DNA of 64,000 bases from Candidatus Latescibacterota bacterium (GTDB lineage: Bacteria; Latescibacterota; UBA2968; UBA8231), in NCBI GenBank assembly GCA_965197905.1, contig CBDAOB010000004.1:384001-448000 (forward strand). The letters are read 5' to 3'. Both the position numbers and the translations under genes were made by a program. The notes below the pieces were generated by a model. The model saw only the letters and a list, made by a program, of their open reading frames with translations, had not been told where the DNA came from and did not search any database. Shown one piece after another: positions 23,301-32,572 of the stretch (position 1 is its first letter; every line of letters starts with the position of its first letter).

Positions 23301-23749
23301 TGCAAACGAGGGCGCAGGGGTTAGAGACGGCGATTAAGGAAGAGGCCGCGGAAGTTGATACGCTGCTTGCCTCGGTGGAGGAAGAATTGACGAGGTTGGT
23401 GGTTGCGATCCGCGATGTCCTGGGTGTCGGAGGAGATACGGAGATGGACGCGCCGGAGTCGGTGGATTTGGACGGGCAGGTGATCGAGCGGCTACCGGAG
23501 CTGATTGTGGAACTGGAGTCGCGCAAGGCCAGGGTCGAGGAGTTGTCTTCGACGCTGACGATCAACGAGGTCGAAGAGCTTGCCGGCGAGCTGAGGGCCT
23601 TTGGGGAGGAGTACGGGTATCCACCGCTGTTGTCGTGGGGTGAAGGGTTGGCTCAGCACGCCGGCTCTTTCGATATGGATGCGATGGTTGAGGCGCTCCA
23701 GCATTACCCACAACTGATAGCTGACGTGAAGGACAGGGTTGCGAGCTAG
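20329..23749 (+). CDS. YfiR/DUF4154-coiled coil-TM-HisKA-HATPase-REC-REC-Hpt hybrid sensor kinase; +1 frameshift at C-run 22029-22031
   Basis: [16 protein letters not shown]…[10 protein letters not shown] (YfiR), Q/E-rich heptads, [36 protein letters not shown]2 box KYGGTG/LGLAIS split between ORFs 20227-22095 and 22019-23749; two REC domains; Hpt [13 protein letters not shown]. Confidence 0.88.
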
Positions 23750-23758
23750 AGGCCGGTT

Positions 23759-26017
23759 TTAAGCCGCCGCCAGCCTGTTCTCCACGATGTGAAACCGCGG
23801 TGCTCGGTACAACTCCGAAAGCCGGCGGCGAAATTCTCCCAATCGGGCTTCTACTCCGGCATGGGCACTGTCCCAGATCTTTACCTCTATGCACTCGCGC
23901 ACCGATTCCACTCTCTTTCTCAAGGTGCCGCGCCGTTCCAGCAGCTGTTGATACATCTGGGCAAGTTGACCCAGCTGGCGCGCGTTCTTGGCGAGTATCT
24001 TGCGTTTCGGACCCACGGCCGCCTTAATCATGTTGCGAATCTGAACCAGATCGAAATGATCGAGCGCAAAGCGTTCGAGCAGGCGTTCGATGTGATTGCT
24101 GGCCGTGCCAATGCTGCGTTCCAATCGGTCGAGCAACTGAGCATCGTCGTAACTCAAACCCGCCACCAGCATCGTCGGTGTTTCCCCGGGCGTACCGGCA
24201 ATATGGGCTTCGACTCCCAACATGCCCCAGGTTTCTCCCCCCATGATGCTCCCTCCCCGACTGCCCTTACCGCGGGATACTATGACTTTTCCTTTGGCTT
24301 TGACGTTGGCATGGTAGATATAATTGCCAACCTGAATGTCTTTTCCGGCGCGCAGGCTGGCCTCCTGGACTAGCTGGGCGCGAATGCTCCCCTCGGCCTT
24401 CACCTGGGTTTTGCGCCCCAGTATCCCCTTGCCGACGGCGATATCTCCTCCGGATTGAAGCGTGGCGCCCGGTTCTAAGGTGCCGGAAACGGTAATATCG
24501 CCGGCCGCCTTGACCGAGAAACCAGAGAGCACCGAACCGTTAACAAAGATCTCGCCGCCGAAGTCCAGATTTCCAGTGCGATAACTCACATCGCCGTTGA
24601 CGGTCAGCCGCTCTGCCACCGAAAGTTCGTCCGCGTGCTGTTTCAGCACTCCATCGATCAACGAGTAGTACTCCTCCTGGTCGTCCTCTTCGACAACCCG
24701 GACATTCTCTCCAGCCTGCAGCACCTGCTCCTCGCCGTCGTTGGCAGGTTGGGCGTTGCCAGTAAGGTCCCAACCCGGGGTGCCCGTTGTCGGACCGGTG
24801 CGCCAGGCCACCCGCTGACCCGCCCGCACGTTGGGAGTGAAGTTGACTTCCCTGAAATCGATGGAGCCATCTTCCCGCTCTTTGCCGGCGCTTCGTTCCA
24901 TGTCCACCAGAATTTCCACTTGCGCGTGCTCCCCGTCGACAGGTTTCGATCCGGCAGCAATCAGGTGCCTGCCGGTGGGGTGCTCGCCAGCGCCGACCTT
25001 GGCCACCAGAGCTTGGATGACATCTGATTTCACACCGGTGTTGACGTTCAGCTCGACCAGCCACTCTTGGATCATGGCGATGGTAAGGGAGGAGCGTTGG
25101 TTGCCCAGCATCACCCAATGGGCATTCATGGAGGTGGCGTCGACTTGAATGGGCGGCAGAATGGAAAGTCGACCGTCCTCAATAGCGACATAGCCGTACC
25201 GGGCAGCATGAAACTCCCCGGTGTCCGTCGCGGTCACGTGGGATCCCGCTTCCAGACGGAGTTCTCGGCTCTCGACCGGCGCGGACACCTCCCTGCCGAA
25301 TATGTCGCGCCCCGATCGGCCCGGCGTCGGGGATGTGGCTCGGGCCAGCAGATCTCCGGGCGCGGCGACGAGGGCGCTGCGATTCTTGCGGATAGCGCTG
25401 GCATCCGAGGATTTCAACATCTCTGCCAGTTCCAGAGAAATCAGTCCTAGCGATTCCCGTGATATCTCATTGTTCGGGTTGCCGGGTTCGACAAAGCCGA
25501 TCTGGGCCGCATTGCCCGCGGTAGGGTCGGATCCTGAGGCCACCTCGATCCACTGGCCCCGCAGTCGCTGTGCGCCACCCGTCATCGCCTCTCGATTGAT
25601 CTCAACGAGACCATGGGCGTGGAGCAGCTCAGCCAGGCGTTCGGGTTCGTGCCAGTCGGGATCTGCAATCCAAAAGGCTTGCAGCCCATCGTGGCGAATG
25701 GCCAGTCGCTGGCCTTCCATATCCAGCTCATAGTACTGCTGGTCTCCCTCGGTTTCGAAACCGGACGGTGTCTCGACGCGCTTCAGGTCCGCAGCCACCC
25801 TCCCAAGAGCGCTCGCCAAGCGGCGCATCCGTTGCTGTTGATGCACGCTGACTGATTGCGGCTCTGCAACGGCAGCGTCCGGATCGTACTCAGCGAACGC
25901 GTCGACCTCTTCCAGAAAGCGGTCGACACCTTCGACATCAGCTATTGCCGGATCGGGGAGTTCCGGGTCGAGCAGGGCAGATCGCCGTTTCATGGGTCGC
26001 TCACGCACCATCGTCAT
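23759..26017 (-). CDS. FapA (DUF342) family protein with duplicated N-terminal module
   Basis: DGSIDFRE, VNGDVSYRTGNLDFGGEIFVNGSVLSGFSVKAAGDITVSG beta-helix repeats, GGSIMGG, C-terminal coiled coil. Confidence 0.85.
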   Translation of the reverse strand: MTMVRERPMKRRSALLDPELPDPAIADVEGVDRFLEEVDAFAEYDPDAAVAEPQSVSVHQQQRMRRLASALGRVAADLKRVETPSGFETEGDQQYYELDMEGQRLAIRHDGLQAFWIADPDWHEPERLAELLHAHGLVEINREAMTGGAQRLRGQWIEVASGSDPTAGNAAQIGFVEPGNPNNEISRESLGLISLELAEMLKSSDASAIRKNRSALVAAPGDLLARATSPTPGRSGRDIFGREVSAPVESRELRLEAGSHVTATDTGEFHAARYGYVAIEDGRLSILPPIQVDATSMNAHWVMLGNQRSSLTIAMIQEWLVELNVNTGVKSDVIQALVAKVGAGEHPTGRHLIAAGSKPVDGEHAQVEILVDMERSAGKEREDGSIDFREVNFTPNVRAGQRVAWRTGPTTGTPGWDLTGNAQPANDGEEQVLQAGENVRVVEEDDQEEYYSLIDGVLKQHADELSVAERLTVNGDVSYRTGNLDFGGEIFVNGSVLSGFSVKAAGDITVSGTLEPGATLQSGGDIAVGKGILGRKTQVKAEGSIRAQLVQEASLRAGKDIQVGNYIYHANVKAKGKVIVSRGKGSRGGSIMGGETWGMLGVEAHIAGTPGETPTMLVAGLSYDDAQLLDRLERSIGTASNHIERLLERFALDHFDLVQIRNMIKAAVGPKRKILAKNARQLGQLAQMYQQLLERRGTLRKRVESVRECIEVKIWDSAHAGVEARLGEFRRRLSELYRAPRFHIVENRLAAA

Positions 26018-26954
26018 AGGTGGCCTCTTCTTCGAGTTCCAGGAGTTCCTCAGCCGTTAGCTGGCCTCCATCCAGTTCCGTTGCCACCCGGGCCATGCGC
26101 AACAACAAGGCCGATTGTTCACCCAGTCGATGCAAAGCCGGGATCAGCTCTGAGCTCGGCCAACCCTCTTGATCAACCGCCCCGAGCCCAACCACACCCA
26201 CGGCTCGATCGCTGTAGTGCATGGCGACCGCAGCCTGCCTCCCGTCGGCGCTGAGCCGCGCAGCGACATCCCGAAAGGAGCCGGCAACCAAGGAATCGGG
26301 GTCACTGGCGACCAATCTGTCAGTGGTATCGGTGCCGTCGCCGGCAGTCGATGTCAATTCGAGCCAGGTACCGCTGGCGTCGGGCAAGTAGACCCCGATT
26401 TGAGTGGCCCCGAAAACGGTGGAAAAGATCCGTGCGATCTGATCGCAAGCCTCGTCAACGGTGGGACCGGTCACCTGAAATCGCACCAGCTGGTCACGGG
26501 CCTGCAACTCACGCACCTGGAGCCGGATCTGCGCATGCGCGCGCTCCAATTGCTGATGGGCGACTTTCAGTTTACCCGCCGTTTCATGTTTGTAGAGGGC
26601 AACTTCGATAGTGGTTTTCAACTCCGTTTCCTGATACGGTTTTAACAGGTAGCCATACGGCTGCGTGAGTTTTGCGTGCTGCAAGGTATTGTCGTCGGCG
26701 TAGGCGGTCAGGTAGATGAGCGCGATGTCGTACTGCTCGCGGACTATGCCAGCAGCCTCCACACCATCCATGTCGCCCTTCAGATGGATATCCATCAGCA
26801 CCACATCCGGTTGAGTAGCTGCTATTTTTTCCAACGCTTCCGCGCCCGTAATAGCAATCTCTGGAACGTCGTATCCAAGGAGTTCCAAACTGGACTGCAG
26901 GTCTCTTGCGACGAGAATTTCATCCTCTACCACTAGTATGCGAGTCTTGTTCAT
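26001..26954 (-). CDS. Response regulator (REC + coiled coil + GAF-like domain)
   Basis: ILVVEDEILVA…DVVLMDIHLKGDMDG…YLTAYAD…YLLKP; GAF-like C-half; overlaps the fapA start. Confidence 0.85.
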   Translation of the reverse strand: MNKTRILVVEDEILVARDLQSSLELLGYDVPEIAITGAEALEKIAATQPDVVLMDIHLKGDMDGVEAAGIVREQYDIALIYLTAYADDNTLQHAKLTQPYGYLLKPYQETELKTTIEVALYKHETAGKLKVAHQQLERAHAQIRLQVRELQARDQLVRFQVTGPTVDEACDQIARIFSTVFGATQIGVYLPDASGTWLELTSTAGDGTDTTDRLVASDPDSLVAGSFRDVAARLSADGRQAAVAMHYSDRAVGVVGLGAVDQEGWPSSELIPALHRLGEQSALLLRMARVATELDGGQLTAEELLELEEEATYDDGA

Positions 26955-26969
26955 ATCCTTTCTCCTGAC

Positions 26970-27845
26970 TTAAGCCGACTCTGAGAACGTCAGCTGAAAT
27001 GTCGTACCATTGATGTGATCAATCTTCATTTCTCCACCCAATTGATAGGTCAAATCGTGCACCAACCGCAGCCCCAGAGTGAGCGGATTCTCCAGGTCGA
27101 TGCCGCCCGAGATCCCCTCACCGTCATCGCTGACCGCCATTCTGAAACTTCCCTCGGGCAGCTTGCGCAATTCGACCCGAATCGTTCCCCGGCGGCCCTC
27201 CGGGAACGCATATTTGATCGCATTGGTAATCAGTTCGTTGAGGATGAGACCGCAGGGGATGGCGTAGTCGAGACCGAGAGATATTTCCTCCAAATCAAAC
27301 TCCAACGCGACTCGGAGGTCCTGTTGGTTGCTGGAGCGAACGAGATTGGCCGCCAGGTTCCTTATGTATCCATCGAAGGCGATCTGGCTTAGATCGGTCG
27401 ACTGATAGAGCGCCTGATGCACCAGTGCCATCGAGTGGATGCGATGCTGCATCTCGCTGAACACGCCGCGAGCTTCTTCGTTTTGCACAGCAGCCGATTG
27501 CCGCTTGAGCAGGCTGGTGACGATCTGCAGGTTGTTCTTGACGCGATGATACACCTCCTGCAGCAGAATCTCCTTTTCCCGTAGAGACTCCTCGATGCGC
27601 TCGTGGGCACGCTTGGTCTCGGTAACGTCTCTCCCATAGATGTGAATGCATTCGATGGAAGGAACCGGATTGTAGGTCCAGGAATAAACCCTATCGCCCA
27701 GGATTGTTTCGATGCCCCAGCGGCACTCGCCTTCGTCAAGGCAACTTTGTGGCCGGGAAAACTCATTTGTGGGAAACAGATTACCGTTCTCCCCAAGCTC
27801 CGTTTGGTCGAGAAGCTGCTGAAAACGTAAATACCAACAGCCCAA
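26970..27845 (-). CDS. HisKA_2-type histidine kinase with partial PAS; 5' end probably truncated
   Basis: EKEILLQEVYHRVKNNLQIVTSLL, GLILNELITNAIKYAF, DDGEG, LGLRLV; the upstream ORF extension overlaps marR and an operator palindrome. Confidence 0.75.
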   Translation of the reverse strand: MGCWYLRFQQLLDQTELGENGNLFPTNEFSRPQSCLDEGECRWGIETILGDRVYSWTYNPVPSIECIHIYGRDVTETKRAHERIEESLREKEILLQEVYHRVKNNLQIVTSLLKRQSAAVQNEEARGVFSEMQHRIHSMALVHQALYQSTDLSQIAFDGYIRNLAANLVRSSNQQDLRVALEFDLEEISLGLDYAIPCGLILNELITNAIKYAFPEGRRGTIRVELRKLPEGSFRMAVSDDGEGISGGIDLENPLTLGLRLVHDLTYQLGGEMKIDHINGTTFQLTFSESA

Positions 27846-27893
27846 GTAATCGCAACGCTGAGCGAATACTCGTCGTTGGCCTATACTCAAAAA

Positions 27894-27907
27894 GTTGTAT
27901 ATACAAC
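27894..27907. promoter_or_regulatory. Putative MarR operator, copy downstream of marR
   Basis: Perfect palindrome GTTGTATATACAAC, same core as 28412-28423. Confidence 0.65.
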
Positions 27908-27928
27908 ATTGAGCACAAAAAAGAGTCC

Positions 27929-28381
27929 CTATTCGGCATCGAGAGACCTCACGGCATTGGCAATACGCATCACGTCTCTTACGCCACGCTCGCCCACAAG
28001 TGCATGTACCTGGTCCTGTGCCTCCTGCCACAAGGGAACGATTCTCTTCCATAGCCTGGCACCCTTGGCGGTAATCTGAAACCTATGGGCACGTCCATCT
28101 TCTTCGATTACGTTCATCCAGCCGCTTTCGCGCAAGCGGCGAGAGTTTCGACTCAACGTCGACTTTTCCATGGACAACCAGTCACATACCTGTCGAGGCG
28201 TTGCATCCCCGTATTTGGCGACCACCCCCAGAATGTTCATCTGTGCCGTCGTGATGCCAGCCGGTTTTAGCGCGTCGTCGTAGACTTTTGTAATTACCCG
28301 GTTTAGGAGCCGAACCTTGTCAGCGATACAGCTACAGTTGACTTCGGTGGCTTCGCGGGAGCTTACCTGCGTTTTTCCCAA
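27929..28381 (-). CDS. MarR-family transcriptional regulator
   Basis: CSCIADKVRLLNRVITKVYDDALKPAGITTAQ…MEKSTLSRN…ITAKG…WQEAQ; RBS AGGAGG before a TTG start. Confidence 0.9.
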   Translation of the reverse strand: MGKTQVSSREATEVNCSCIADKVRLLNRVITKVYDDALKPAGITTAQMNILGVVAKYGDATPRQVCDWLSMEKSTLSRNSRRLRESGWMNVIEEDGRAHRFQITAKGARLWKRIVPLWQEAQDQVHALVGERGVRDVMRIANAVRSLDAE

Positions 28382-28411
28382 CTAAAATGTCCTCCTGCGA
28401 CTAGGGTTTTA

Positions 28412-28443
28412 TTGTATATACAACTAAAAAGCGGGCTTGTCAA
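28412..28443 (-). promoter_or_regulatory. sigma70 promoter of marR overlapped by an operator palindrome
   Basis: TTGACA (28443-28438), 17 bp, TATATA (28420-28415); palindrome TTGTATATACAA 28412-28423 covers the -10. Confidence 0.75.
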
Positions 28444-28585
28444 GTTATTCACCGCAGCTGGCTGAAACCGTTTGGTCGGCGATTTTCTCAAGCGGACTTC
28501 TCGGCGGTTCTACGTTCAGATTCTTTGCCCGTAGCCGCTGGTGATTGATTTATTCGTGTTGCCGGTTCAAGCTGATCCCACTATG

Positions 28586-28600
28586 GCAATACAGGTGCCA
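28586..28600 (-). promoter_or_regulatory. sigma54 (-24/-12) promoter
   Basis: Minus strand TGGCACCTGTATTGC = TGGCAC-N5-TTGC; tandem GATATATCGC sites ~105-135 bp upstream. Confidence 0.65.
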
Positions 28601-28811
28601 AACGGTTCCTGGCAGGTAACGATTTTCTGTATCTGCCAAAAAAACAGTACCTTAATGCATGAATCAGCGGGGTTACGGAGCAACTAGCGAATTGCGGAAG
28701 CCATGATATATCGCAGGGGGCACGATATATCGCGGCAATTGGGCGGGTTGGGCTTATGGAGCTTCTGCGCCTTAGTCTTGCCGTCTCTCGATCCCGAGCC
28801 GCCGCATTCAG

Positions 28812-28842
28812 GCAAAACCAGTGTCAGGATTTTCTTCTGCAT
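28812..28842 (-). pseudogene. Orphan gene start (truncated exported protein)
   Basis: Strong RBS AAAGGAGGT then ATG and MQKKILTLVL, after which the signal-peptide character is lost. Confidence 0.4.
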
Positions 28843-28920
28843 AGACACCTCCTTTCAGGAGCTACCGAGACATTCTCAGGAATTCTCTGCTTCTTGACGA
28901 CAACGTGAACGACAAACTTA

Positions 28921-29778
28921 CTAATAGAGCAAAACCCGGAGCCCGGCAATCAAGGTCCAGTCGGGCTCCATCTGCGTGCGGTTGAGGTCTTTCAGCAACG
29001 GCAGCTGTAACGACGACTCAACCAGCAGCCAGCTTAGAGGGATGTACTGGAGTCCGGGCGCCAGGAAAAGCAGATGGCCACCTGAATCTTGGACGTTTCG
29101 GCCTTTGAATCGATCCTTGCCTTTCCAGGATCCGAGGAATTCCAGATAGCCATTCACCTGCCGTGCGGGATAGGTCTCGTAAACAGCCGGCACGAGCCGG
29201 TAGGCCAGGGCGAGATTGTACACCACTCCGTTACCAAACTGCCGTCCGTTGCTACTGCCGGTCACGTGGCAGTGCGCCTCTGCATACAGGCCGAATCGCC
29301 CCTTAAGCCAGGCAGCTACGCCCCCTGCAGAAACGTCGGTGGAACCGCTTCCCAGCGCAGGAGTTTCCTTCTCGTCTCCGGTGGGCAGCTTCAACACCAC
29401 CTTGGGTGCCAGGCGCAAGGTCTCTCGGTGGCGGTCAATCTGAAGTACGACGTACTTGGCAAAAAGCGAGATGTCTCCCAAGCCGGCAGACGAGACCGTC
29501 TCACTACCCCGTCTCACCTCTTTGAAAACCGTCGGCACAATGATTCCAGCCACCGCCTTCGTGGTCACATTGTAGGGGAGGGCCACCGGCCACAGCGTCG
29601 TGGTTACACGTCCATCCGAACGCTCGTTGGATGACCGGACAATCTTCGCAAAGGTCCGCACTCCCCGACCCTCCAGCCCCAGGGTAATTGGCGTGTCGGT
29701 ATTGATAGGCGGACCGATAGCTAGCGCCGGCGAGGCGGCAACGCACGGCAGAAGCCACAGGTAACCGAGGCGGTGCAC
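28921..29778 (-). CDS. Outer-membrane 'transporter' (MetA-pathway/SphA-like beta-barrel)
   Basis: Signal peptide, GLGDISLFAKY, LKLPTG, LGSGSTD, SGGHLLFLAPGLQY, aromatic C-terminus. Confidence 0.75.
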   Translation of the reverse strand: MHRLGYLWLLPCVAASPALAIGPPINTDTPITLGLEGRGVRTFAKIVRSSNERSDGRVTTTLWPVALPYNVTTKAVAGIIVPTVFKEVRRGSETVSSAGLGDISLFAKYVVLQIDRHRETLRLAPKVVLKLPTGDEKETPALGSGSTDVSAGGVAAWLKGRFGLYAEAHCHVTGSSNGRQFGNGVVYNLALAYRLVPAVYETYPARQVNGYLEFLGSWKGKDRFKGRNVQDSGGHLLFLAPGLQYIPLSWLLVESSLQLPLLKDLNRTQMEPDWTLIAGLRVLLY

Positions 29779-29783
29779 GCTGG

Positions 29784-30548
29784 TTAATCTTCGAGCACGA
29801 TTGCCGTGAAGGTTCCTGCTGGCATCCCCTCCATGCCCAGGGTGTTTACCAGCTCGGCTAGGGATTCCCCGCTGACGCGCTCGTCTTCGACCAGGATTTC
29901 CGCCAGGCCCGATTCCAAATCTAGCTCGATGTTCTTGATCCCGTCTCGTTTCTCCAAGTCGGCCTGAATCGCCTCGACACAACCCATACACGCCAGACCC
30001 GCAATTTTCAGCCGGCGCAATGTTCCAGCAGATTCGGAAGTAATGACTTTTTCAACCCTGAGCCGCAGCGGAGACGTGTCCGGAAAAAGCATGCCGACAA
30101 CCTGGACCGGCCAGTCTCCTTGGAACTTGCGAAGCTCCTCTAGGCTGGCGCTCTCCTCCAGTACCAGGGATTCCCCTGTGCCAGATAACTCCAGTTGTGT
30201 TTCTCCACCATTTTGAGCCACAACTTTGCCCTCCACCCTTGCCTCGAATGCTCGCGCAGTAAAACCACCCTCCTCAACGGCTCTCTGCACTTGGGCCACC
30301 ATTGTACCGGATGCGCCGGTGAGGCGGCTGCCTTCCACAACGCTCAAGACTACCTCTCCGGCGTTGATGTCAATATTCAAGGTCTCAACCCCTTCGACCT
30401 TCTTGAGCTTCTTCTCAAGGCCATAGGCACAAAAAGGACAAGCCAGCCCATCCACCTTCACGGTTAGGGATTTTACACCCGCTTGTGCCGACCCGATGAA
30501 CCCGGCCAACAGCATGAACGCCGTCAGCATAAACACGTTTTTCCACAT
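29784..30548 (-). CDS. Exported protein with two heavy-metal-associated (HMA) domains
   Basis: Signal peptide; VDGLACPFCAYGLEKKL and IAGLACMGCV CxxC motifs; RBS GAGGGAG. Confidence 0.85.
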   Translation of the reverse strand: MWKNVFMLTAFMLLAGFIGSAQAGVKSLTVKVDGLACPFCAYGLEKKLKKVEGVETLNIDINAGEVVLSVVEGSRLTGASGTMVAQVQRAVEEGGFTARAFEARVEGKVVAQNGGETQLELSGTGESLVLEESASLEELRKFQGDWPVQVVGMLFPDTSPLRLRVEKVITSESAGTLRRLKIAGLACMGCVEAIQADLEKRDGIKNIELDLESGLAEILVEDERVSGESLAELVNTLGMEGMPAGTFTAIVLED

Positions 30549-30727
30549 GGTATTATCTCCCTCGATATGTAGCATCTCAATATCTCCTCTACCAGAATCG
30601 CGGCAGCGCTGAAGCCGGACTGTCGTCGAGGCGGCTCGGGAATAAGCCCGCGCCGCTCGTAATATCCAATTGTGTCGACATTGACTTGTGCTTTTCGGGC
30701 GCACTGGCCGATCGTTAGCGCTGTCAT
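30524..30727 (-). pseudogene. Truncated MerR-family metal regulator (HTH only)
   Basis: LTIGQCARKAQVNVDTIGYYERRGLIPEPPRRQSGF then homology is lost; dimerisation and metal-binding helix missing. Confidence 0.8.
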
Positions 30728-30745
30728 CGTCTCACCCTCCTCTCG

Positions 30746-30776
30746 AAGATAACCTTGGACCTAAGTCCAGAGTCAA
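30746..30776 (-). promoter_or_regulatory. MerR-type promoter/operator
   Basis: TTGACT, 19-bp spacer CTGGACTTAGGTCCAAGGT with dyad TGGAC-TTAG-GTCCA, -10 TATCTT. Confidence 0.85.
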
Positions 30777-31009
30777 GGGCTCGTTCACAATTGGGCAAGC
30801 GCGCAATTGAGACGCATGTTGCGAGATCGCCTGCTGAAGCGAATGTGGTGTTGAAGGGCGGCTGGAGGAGCCTTGACGGTCGTGCCGTAAATTCGCCTGG
30901 CACGCGTGATTCAGAAGAGGGCGGGCTAGCTCACCGAGGAGATATTTCGACACGCGAATCCTGGTCTGATGCCCGCATGAATATGCGCTGCTCGTTTGCG
31001 CGTCAGGAT

Positions 31010-32557
31010 TCAACCAACGTTAAAGTGACCGACTTCACCTTGCATCTCTTGGGCAGCCGTGGTTAGATCGTCGAGGGCACGATTGGTCTCACGCAGGGAG
31101 GCGACCGTCTGATGAGCGGCTTCATCCAGTTGCACCATGGATTCACTTATCTGTTGGGCTCCCAACGACTGCGATTCCATGCCTTCCGCGACGGTATCAA
31201 AGAGGGGTCCCAACGACTGCACTTCTTCGATTATCTGCGCCAGCTGCGCGCTCACGTTGGAGACCTCTTGAACACCCTGGTCCACGTCCTGGCTGAATTT
31301 GTCCATGCTCATAACTCCGGTCGAAACGGCTTCTCGCATCTCCTTGACGGTCTGTTCGATATCCAGGGTTGCGACTGCCGTTTGGTCGGCCAGGCGGCGT
31401 ATTTCCCGAGCGACGACGGAAAATCCGGTGCCGAATTCGCCGGCTTTTTCCGCTTCAATCGCTGCGTTCAACGATAGGAGATTGGTCTGATCCGCCACTT
31501 TTGTAATGGTCGTCACGACGGACGTAATATTGGAGGCTTTTTCGTTGATGATACCTAATTTGGACGAAATAGACTGTGTCTCCTCCGCCATCTGATTCAT
31601 CGTTGCCTCCATCCGTGTCAGCCCTTGCTGGCTCGCATCGGCAGAGGTCGCGGTTTCGGCAGCTTTGCCTGACACATGGGTCATGGTGTTCATGAACTCG
31701 TGGGAGGTGGCAGAAATCTCTTTGCTCGTAGCCACGACTTCGTTGGTCGATGCCGCCTGCTCGCTGACCGTTGCTTCCAGTTGTTTTCCGGAAGCGGCTA
31801 TCTGCGTTACGGAGGAAGTAATCTGAATGCCTGAGCGCTGCACCTGTCCGATCAAGGAGCCCAGACTGCGAGCCATATTCTTGATAGCAACCAACAATTG
31901 TCCAAGCTCGTCACTCGAAGAGATTTCGATTTTGGCATTCAAATCGCCGTTGGCGATTTGCTCTGCAATTTCTACCGATCGTTGGACCGGTGCTATGATC
32001 GCTATTCTCAGGATAAAAAAGATAAATCCGATACCAACAATGGTGAGGGCAGCGCTTAGAATCGATATGATCAACCTGTTCTTGAATATTGCCTCTTCCC
32101 GGTCCGCCGTGCTAAGTCCGATAATCGCCGTGCCGTAATCTTCTCCACCAAAAATCATCCTATCCTTGAATGTCAGATATTAGCCGAGCTCTACGAATTC
32201 CGCAGTGGGCATGGCAACCAGTTCTTCGAGATTTTCCACCGCTTCAATTTGTTTCCCGGCAGTAATGAGCTCATTGCCGTCGGAGTCAAATACCATCAAG
32301 AACGCCAGGGCGCCGTCCTTTGTAACCAGGTCTACCGTCTCCCGGGCTCCTGCTCCTTCGCCCAAACTTATGGCGACGCCGATTCCCAGAGTCACCGTGT
32401 CCACAGTGCTCTTTAGCCGTTGACGAAACATCTCGTTGATCAATTCCGTTTGCTGGGCAGGGAAATAGGCAAAAATGAATACCCCCACGGCAATCATGAG
32501 GCCCGCCAGAGGGAGCAGTATTTTGATCTGAATCGAGTTGAATTTCCCCATGTGCAT
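31010..32557 (-). CDS. Methyl-accepting chemotaxis protein (WspA-like), interrupted by an in-frame TAA at 32182-32180
   Basis: ORFs 32180-32557 and 31010-32158 are in the same frame (…[16 protein letters not shown]…); TM-periplasmic-[46 protein letters not shown]. Confidence 0.85.
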
Positions 32558-32572
32558 TCCCGAGACGCGACA

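Noticed and set aside
27846..28052. N-terminal Cys-rich extension of the 360-aa kinase ORF
   Set aside because: It overlaps marR in another frame and runs through an operator palindrome; likely non-coding read-through
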